In this document: piece after piece, positions 58,247-64,000 of the stretch
Position numbering within the stretch: the first letter of the stretch is position 1
Layout: each line of letters opens with the position of its first letter
Assembly (NCBI GenBank): GCA_945957605.1
Contig: CAMFLR010000002.1
Coordinates: forward strand, 232,197 to 296,196
DNA length: 64,000 nucleotides
Origin: an uncultured Isosphaeraceae bacterium
GTDB lineage: Bacteria; Planctomycetota; Planctomycetia; Isosphaerales; Isosphaeraceae
Reading direction: 5' to 3'
The notes under the pieces: model-generated
Databases searched by the model: none
What the model was told of the DNA's origin: nothing
What the model saw: the letters and a program-made list of their open reading frames with translations, nothing else
Made by a program: the position numbers and the translations under genes

Positions 58247-58990
58247 ATGAGCAACGATTCGAACTTCTCGCAGGAAAACTCATCGTCGCGACGCGACTTC
58301 ATGAAGCTTTCGGGACTGGCCATCGGCGCGACGGGACTGACACTCTCCGCGTCGTCCGCAAATTCCGCGACACCGGCGCCGACCAACGCAGCACTCGATC
58401 CCGACGCTGTTTTGAAGAAGCTGCTCGAAGGAAACAAGCGTTTCGCGAATGGCGAGGCCGCCCAGCCGCGCCGAAAGCCAGCGGACTTTGTACCTCTGGC
58501 CGAAGGTCAGGCTCCGATGGCGATCATCGTCGGATGTGCTGACTCCCGCGTGTCACCGGAATTGATTTTCGACCAGGGTGTAGGCGACCTGTTCGTGGTG
58601 CGTGTCGCTGGGAATGTCGTCAGCAGCGCGGGCGCGGCGATCAAGGGAAGCATCGAGTTCGCCGTGGCCGAACTTGGTGCCCGCCTGATCATCGTGCTGG
58701 GCCACACAGCCTGCGGCGCGGTGAAGGCGGCAATCGCTCACATCGACGCGAATGACACCCTACCTGGGGCCATTCGCGAACTCGTCGATATCATCCGGCC
58801 GGCAGCCGCTTCGGTGCGTGGCAAGCCTGGCGACAAGCTGGAAAACGCGACCAAGGCGAACGTCAAGCAAGGGATCGAACGCATCAAGACGCTCGATCCC
58901 ATCTTGTCGGAGTTCGTCAAGAAGGGCGAGCTCAAAGTTGTAGGCGGCGTCTACGACCTCGCGACAGGCGTCGTGAACATGGTTGATTAA
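58247..58990 (+). CDS. Beta-class carbonic anhydrase with Tat signal peptide
   Basis: SRRDFMKLSGLAIGATG twin-arginine motif; zinc ligands in ..IIVGCADSRVSPE.. and ..LGHTACGAV... Confidence 0.85.
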   Translation: MSNDSNFSQENSSSRRDFMKLSGLAIGATGLTLSASSANSATPAPTNAALDPDAVLKKLLEGNKRFANGEAAQPRRKPADFVPLAEGQAPMAIIVGCADSRVSPELIFDQGVGDLFVVRVAGNVVSSAGAAIKGSIEFAVAELGARLIIVLGHTACGAVKAAIAHIDANDTLPGAIRELVDIIRPAAASVRGKPGDKLENATKANVKQGIERIKTLDPILSEFVKKGELKVVGGVYDLATGVVNMVD

Positions 58991-59080
58991 AAACATTCAC
59001 ATGGATTGGCATCGCGCTTTTGAGAGCGGCAAAGGTTTGCGCTCTGTAAAGATTTGCGCGCGATTTGTGTCGAGTCTGCG

Positions 59081-59119
59081 AAATTGTCCGGAGGGACTCA
59101 ATTTCCCCCCGGACAATTT
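59081..59119. promoter_or_regulatory. Perfect 11-bp inverted repeat upstream of the urea transporter/urease genes
   Basis: AAATTGTCCGG-agggactcaatttcccc-CCGGACAATTT. Confidence 0.4.
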
Positions 59120-59217
59120 ATCGTTAATCGCTTGACTGCCGAGTCGGAGAATTTAGACTCAGCTTATCTCAAGACTCCAGGTCATTTTCGGCTCCCGATA
59201 ACGCGAGGCTTCCCCCC

Positions 59218-60183
59218 ATGAGTGATGCCAAAGGAGCAGCGCAACTTGCCGCGCTCAAGAGCATTCACCCTGAAGCACCTGATCTTGTTATGTCCATATT
59301 TCGTGGCGTTGGTCAGGTATTTTTTCAGGAGAACGCCATTTCTGGCATTTGCTTTCTTGTGGGGATTGCAATCAGTTCGCCGCTCGTTGCGATCGGTGGA
59401 TTGGTCGGCTCGATCATAGGCACGTTAACCGCGCGACTGCTTAAATTCGATCAAGCTGAGTTGATCGCGGGGATCTTCGGCTTCAATGCGACGCTCGTCG
59501 GCATTGCTACGCTCGTCTTCTTTTCGCCTGGCTTGGGATCGATCGCGTTTCTGATCGTCGGCTGTGTTCTATCCACGATCTTAACGCGAATTATGCGCAA
59601 GTTTGTGCCGTTTCCTACATACACCACTCCGTTCATCGTGACGACGTGGGTGATCTTCGTACTCGGCACGAGCATGGGGTTGGCGCAAACTTCCGCGGGC
59701 GGTCCATCGACCGGTTCAAGCCTCGCAGTGGCGGCCGCAAACGGCATTGGCCAGGTGATGTTTCAGGCGAACGTGTGGACCGCTGCCCTGTTCGTGCTGG
59801 GAATTGCGATCGGCGACTGGCAGCATGCGCTCTGGGTTGTTGCGGGATCGATCATCGGTACGCTGCTATCGAATTATCACGTGACCGTTGGTGCGAGAGC
59901 GATCGATCCCGAGCGGCTGGTCGAGCGGGCGCTCACCGAGAACATCGCGCTTGGGCTTTACGGCTATAACGCTACGCTCGTCGCCGTTTCGCTCTCGTTG
60001 TGGCGGCGATCACTGATTCCGCCGATTCTTGGAATCTTGCTTTCGGTGCTGTTGACCGACCTCTTCCCGCTCGTGGGTTTGCCGGCCCTCACCGCGCCGT
60101 TCGTCCTGGCGAGTTGGTTGGTCATCGGGCTAGGCAAGCTCGAAGCCAGGATTTTCCCCGCGCGAACCTCTACGCCCGGGTGA
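59218..60183 (+). CDS. Urea transporter (UT family)
   Basis: ..FRGVGQVFFQENAISGICFLVGIAISSP.., a repeated two-halves topology typical of the bacterial UT family. Confidence 0.8.
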   Translation: MSDAKGAAQLAALKSIHPEAPDLVMSIFRGVGQVFFQENAISGICFLVGIAISSPLVAIGGLVGSIIGTLTARLLKFDQAELIAGIFGFNATLVGIATLVFFSPGLGSIAFLIVGCVLSTILTRIMRKFVPFPTYTTPFIVTTWVIFVLGTSMGLAQTSAGGPSTGSSLAVAAANGIGQVMFQANVWTAALFVLGIAIGDWQHALWVVAGSIIGTLLSNYHVTVGARAIDPERLVERALTENIALGLYGYNATLVAVSLSLWRRSLIPPILGILLSVLLTDLFPLVGLPALTAPFVLASWLVIGLGKLEARIFPARTSTPG

Positions 60184-60238
60184 TACCGTATCGCCGTTTC
60201 ACCTCTCTCAACGTTGAGTTCTCGCTGGAGATTCTTCC

Positions 60239-60541
60239 ATGCATTTGACGCCTCAAGAACGCGACAAATTGATGATATTCACCGCCGCGCAGGTGGCGCG
60301 AGCGCGCAAGGATCGCGGCCTGAAACTTAACGTCCCCGAATCCATCGCACTGATCACAGCCGAGCTGATGGAAATGGCGCGAGACGGAAAATCAGTCGCC
60401 GAAATCATGAGCCTGGGGCGAGAAATCCTGAGCCGCGCGGATGTGATGGAGGGGATTCCCGAAATGATCCCCATGATCCAGGTTGAGCCGACGTTTCCCG
60501 ACGGCTCGAAGCTGATCACAATCCACGACCCGATTCGCTAA
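60239..60541 (+). CDS. ureA: Urease gamma subunit
   Basis: [40 protein letters not shown]... Confidence 0.9.
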   Translation: MHLTPQERDKLMIFTAAQVARARKDRGLKLNVPESIALITAELMEMARDGKSVAEIMSLGREILSRADVMEGIPEMIPMIQVEPTFPDGSKLITIHDPIR

Positions 60542-60592
60542 TACAACTCGCAGGTGTTTACCGGCCTGTCACTGTTCTATCGGAGCTTGGCT

Positions 60593-60967
60593 ATGATTCC
60601 GGGTGAATATATGTTTGACGGCCCAGACCTCGAGCTCAACGCCGGTCGGCCAGTGGTAACGCTCAAGGTCAATAATACGGGAGACCGGCCGATTCAGATC
60701 GGCTCGCATTACCATTTCTTCGAGACGAATCGCGCGTTGATCTTCGATCGCGAAAAAGCGTACGGCACGCGCCTCGACCTTCCCAGCGGAACATCGGTTC
60801 GCTTCGAGCCTGGGGATATCAAGGAAGTCCGCCTGATTCCCTACGGCGGCCATCGCATTGTGTACGGTTTCTGCGGACTCGTGATGGGCCGGCTTGACGA
60901 TCCCTACACAAAGCAAGCGAGCCTCCAGCGCTGCACCGATGGCGAATTCGGCAACAAGCCCGCCTGA
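60593..60967 (+). CDS. ureB: Urease beta subunit
   Basis: [46 protein letters not shown]... from the internal ATG at 60593. Confidence 0.9.
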   Translation: MIPGEYMFDGPDLELNAGRPVVTLKVNNTGDRPIQIGSHYHFFETNRALIFDREKAYGTRLDLPSGTSVRFEPGDIKEVRLIPYGGHRIVYGFCGLVMGRLDDPYTKQASLQRCTDGEFGNKPA

Positions 60968-61076
60968 GGTTTCGGCCGTCGCAGTCTGACGGACCAAACA
61001 CTGATCACAAAATCATATCTCGCGATGCTCGTTGTCGTGACACAAACCACTCCGATCCGGCTGGGGGCATAGTTCA

Positions 61077-62798
61077 ATGAGTGTTCGACTCTCCCGTGCA
61101 GCGTATGCCAAGAAATATGGCCCGACGACCGGGGACCGAATCCGGTTAGCCGACAGCGAACTCATTATTGAGATCGAAAAAGATTACACCGACTACGGCG
61201 AAGAATCGATCTTCGGCGGCGGAAAGTCGGTTCGCGACGGGCAGGCTCAGTGCTCGTTTGAAGAGCCAATGAGCCCTGCGCACTGCGACCTTGTCATCAC
61301 CAATGCGGTCATCATCGACCATTGGGGGATCGTCAAGGGCGACATCGGAATCAAGCACGGCCGGATCGTGGCGGTCGGCAAGTCCGGCAACCCCAACACA
61401 CAGCAAGGTATCGACCCGCGTCTCGTCATCGGGCCGGGTACCGAGATCATCGCGGCTGAAGGGCGGATTGTCACGGCAGGTGGTGTCGACACGCACATTC
61501 ACTTCATTTGCCCACAGCAAATCGAAACGGCGATTGCTTCGGGCATCACCACGCTGATCGGTGGCGGCACTGGCTCGGCTACGGGCACGTGGGCCACAAC
61601 TTGTACGCCAGGCCCCTGGAACATCATGCGGATGCTTCAGGCATTCGAGGGCCTGCCGATCAACGTAGGCATCCTGGGTAAAGGTAACGGCAGCGTTCAG
61701 AAGCCGCTGATCGACCAGATCGAAGCCGGGGCCTGCGGCCTGAAATTGCACGAAGACTGGGGCACGACGCCGGCCGTCATCGACACCAGCCTGACGGTCG
61801 CGGATGAGTACGATATTCAGATCGCCATCCATACCGACACGCTGAATGAGTCAGGCTTTCTCGCTGACTCAGTGGCAGCGATGAAGGGCCGCACGATCCA
61901 TAGCTTCCACACGGAAGGTGCAGGCGGCGGTCACGCCCCCGACATCATCAGCATCGCTGCGCTGCCCAACGTCTTGCCATCGAGCACGAATCCAACGCGC
62001 CCGTTCACGGTCAACACGATCGATGAACATCTTGACATGCTGATGGTTTGCCATCACCTGTCACGAAATATCCCCGAAGACGTGGCATTCGCCGAAAGCC
62101 GAATCCGCGCCGAGACGATTGGCGCGGAAGACGTCTTCCACGACCGCGGCATCATCAGCATGATGAGCTCTGACTCGCAGGCGATGGGTCGAATCGGCGA
62201 GGCGATCGTTCGTTGCTGGCAGACCGCCCACAAGATGAAAGTTCAGCTCGGCGCACTGGCAACGGATTCTTCACGCAACGATAACGAACGCGTGAAACGG
62301 TACGTCGCCAAATACACAATCAACCCCGCGATTGCTCACGGTATTGGCGACTACGTGGGCAGTATCGAAGGTGGCAAGCTGGCCGACCTCGTGGTCTACA
62401 AGCCCGAGTATTTCGGCGTGAAGCCCGAGTTGATTCTCAAGGGCGGCTTGCTCGTGTCGGCGCAAATGGGCGACCCGAACGCCAGCATTGCCACGCCGCA
62501 ACCGGTCTACCCGCGTCCACAGTTCGCATCTTACGGCCGGGCACTTTCCAAGTCGTGCCTGTCGTTCGTCTCGAAGGCTTCGCTGTCGAAGGGGATCATC
62601 GAAGGGTATGGCCTGCAGCGCGAAGTTGTCGCAGTCGAAAACTGTCGCAAGATCGGTAAGAAAGACATGCGGCGCAACGAGGCAACTCCCGAAATCCGCG
62701 TCGACGCCGACACCTATCAGGTGTTCGTCGATGGGGAAAAGGTGGGCAGCGAGCCGCTTGAGACGTTGCCGATGACCCAGCGTTACTTCCTGTTCTGA
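61077..62798 (+). CDS. ureC: Urease alpha subunit
   Basis: ..[16 protein letters not shown].., ..MVCHHL.. are nickel-binding His motifs. Confidence 0.95.
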   Translation: MSVRLSRAAYAKKYGPTTGDRIRLADSELIIEIEKDYTDYGEESIFGGGKSVRDGQAQCSFEEPMSPAHCDLVITNAVIIDHWGIVKGDIGIKHGRIVAVGKSGNPNTQQGIDPRLVIGPGTEIIAAEGRIVTAGGVDTHIHFICPQQIETAIASGITTLIGGGTGSATGTWATTCTPGPWNIMRMLQAFEGLPINVGILGKGNGSVQKPLIDQIEAGACGLKLHEDWGTTPAVIDTSLTVADEYDIQIAIHTDTLNESGFLADSVAAMKGRTIHSFHTEGAGGGHAPDIISIAALPNVLPSSTNPTRPFTVNTIDEHLDMLMVCHHLSRNIPEDVAFAESRIRAETIGAEDVFHDRGIISMMSSDSQAMGRIGEAIVRCWQTAHKMKVQLGALATDSSRNDNERVKRYVAKYTINPAIAHGIGDYVGSIEGGKLADLVVYKPEYFGVKPELILKGGLLVSAQMGDPNASIATPQPVYPRPQFASYGRALSKSCLSFVSKASLSKGIIEGYGLQREVVAVENCRKIGKKDMRRNEATPEIRVDADTYQVFVDGEKVGSEPLETLPMTQRYFLF

Positions 62799-62883
62799 TC
62801 GAATCAAGAATCATGCAACAATTCACGTCGTGGGCTGGGTAAACGCTCAGCCTGCGACGATTTGTTCTCGGACTCCGGCATTC

Positions 62884-63564
62884 ATGAATCTTCGCCTCCT
62901 GCAGATTGCCGACTCTGCTCTGCCGATTAGCGGCTACACTCACTCGTGGGGGCTCGAAGCAGCCATCGCACGCCGAAGGGTCCATGACGCCGAGACCCTC
63001 GAGCGCTGGACGCGGCTCTGGCTGCGGAATTCTCTGGGGCCGCTGGAAGGTGTGCTGGTCGCGTCGTCTTGCCGCTACGCTCAAGAGAAGCGGCACGATG
63101 ATCTTTACGAATTGAACCGGCAGGCTGCCGCCGCGATCGTACCTCCCTCGATAAGACGAGCCAGTCGCGAGATGGGCGACCAGTTGATGGCCCTGGCTTC
63201 AACCTGGTCGTGGTCGTCGCACGCGCTGCTGCCGTTTCAGGCCCCGTTCATCAACGAATCAACTGGTTGGCATCACTCCGTCGTGTTTGGCCTTCTCGGC
63301 GCAATCGCCGGCGGCACGATCGAAGACGTCCTGCTGACCTACACGCATCAGGCGGCGCTCGGAATGGTCAGCGCGGGGGTGCGTGCGATCCCCGTCGGCC
63401 ATACGCACGGCCAGCAAATCCTGGCATATCTTCAGGACGACATTTCCGCAGTTGTCGCCCTTCACGGCAATAGCGATCCTGCAACATCCGGGGCTGGCTG
63501 CCCTTTCTACGAGGTTATGTGCGATGAGCAAACTCAGCTTTACGCTCGGATGTTCCGTTCTTGA
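62884..63564 (+). CDS. ureF: Urease accessory protein UreF
   Basis: [28 protein letters not shown]... There is no ureE between ureC and ureF. Confidence 0.8.
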   Translation: MNLRLLQIADSALPISGYTHSWGLEAAIARRRVHDAETLERWTRLWLRNSLGPLEGVLVASSCRYAQEKRHDDLYELNRQAAAAIVPPSIRRASREMGDQLMALASTWSWSSHALLPFQAPFINESTGWHHSVVFGLLGAIAGGTIEDVLLTYTHQAALGMVSAGVRAIPVGHTHGQQILAYLQDDISAVVALHGNSDPATSGAGCPFYEVMCDEQTQLYARMFRS

Positions 63565-63652
63565 CGACCAGGTCGACACGATGGGCCGCCCCTTGCGGAG
63601 CCGCGGTCGCCGCGTCCGATTCTGCGGCGCCTTTCACAACGATCCCAGCAAT

Positions 63653-64000
63653 ATGGGAGATCATATGGGGCGTCCCGGCCCAGCGCGATACGCCGGCCCG
63701 TCGCGAAACGTGTTCACTCTCGGGGTCGCAGGTCCCGTCGGCTCGGGCAAGACTGCGCTTGTGGAAACGCTTTGCCGCGAGCTATGGCCCGAGATCAATC
63801 TTGCGGTCATCACAAACGACATCTACACCCACGAAGATGCCGAGTTTCTCTCTCGGCGCGACGTGTTGCCGGTCGAACGAATCACAGGCGTGCAGACCGG
63901 TGGATGTCCTCATACTGCCATTCGCGACGACGCCAGCGCCAATCTTAGCGCGGTGGCGAACTTCCAGCGGCAGTATCCCGCGCTCGAGATGGTGATCGTC
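63653..64000 (+). CDS. ureG: Urease accessory GTPase UreG (partial, continues past the window end)
   Basis: Own translation: [67 protein letters not shown]..., with a P-loop. The track shows only an out-of-frame ORF here. Confidence 0.8.
   Translation, partial: MGDHMGRPGPARYAGPSRNVFTLGVAGPVGSGKTALVETLCRELWPEINLAVITNDIYTHEDAEFLSRRDVLPVERITGVQTGGCPHTAIRDDASANLSAVANFQRQYPALEMVIV

Noticed and set aside
1-64000. CRISPR arrays, IS elements or transposases, and integrases
   Set aside because: No regularly spaced direct repeats, no DDE transposase or integrase-like ORFs, and no terminal inverted repeats were seen anywhere in the window.

Overview
This 64-kb window appears to come from a high-GC Planctomycetes-type chromosome. 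The clues are multiple DUF1559 'prepilin-like' proteins with the N-terminal [34 protein letters not shown] motif, a PEP-CTERM protein, an ECF-sigma/Ser-Thr-kinase-WD40 pair, and an 'EPLESRIVLDA' N-terminal motif.

Gene content, in order along the window:
- a partial MFS transporter
- a BNR/Asp-box sialidase-like hydrolase
- a 930-aa secreted repeat protein
- a STAS-domain protein
- a candidate cobalamin riboswitch leading a DUF1559 + PEP-CTERM two-gene unit
- a run of secreted / outer-membrane genes: a DUF1559 fusion, a TPR beta-barrel protein, a small secreted protein and an Ig-like repeat giant
- a 1362-aa class-III nucleotide cyclase fused to an ATPase and TPR domains
- an RND efflux adaptor and pump pair with a perfect palindrome in their intergenic region
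- two paralogous Rrf2 regulators bracketing a 5-kb segment (alcohol dehydrogenase, LuxR regulator, lipoprotein, DUF1559)
- an SPFH protein
- a dense array of 24 tRNA genes with an embedded HNH endonuclease gene
- a 953-aa secreted protein
- a 1.2-kb AT-rich non-coding stretch
- an ECF sigma factor and a Ser/Thr kinase-WD40 protein
- a six-gene sugar-modification operon (GNAT/FemAB-like protein, methyltransferase, NeuD-like acetyltransferase, beta-propeller hydrolase-like protein, DegT aminotransferase, glycosyltransferase-like protein)
- a serine hydrolase, a GntP-type permease, an OprO/P-type porin and a beta-carbonic anhydrase
- a urea transporter followed by ureA, ureB, ureC, ureF and ureG, with no ureE; ureG is cut by the window end

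The most unusual element is the tRNA array at about 32.9-36.1 kb. All 24 tRNAs lie on the minus strand and many are only 1-30 nt apart. The HNH endonuclease gene sits between tRNA-His and tRNA-Trp. Two class-I tRNAs carry a UAG anticodon, there are three consecutive Arg isoacceptors with non-canonical loops, a conserved 18-mer recurs in two spacers, and a terminator hairpin sits just upstream of the array.

Coordinates that I derived by hand, rather than taking from the ORF track, are accurate to about +/-2 nt. No CRISPR array or transposase was seen.
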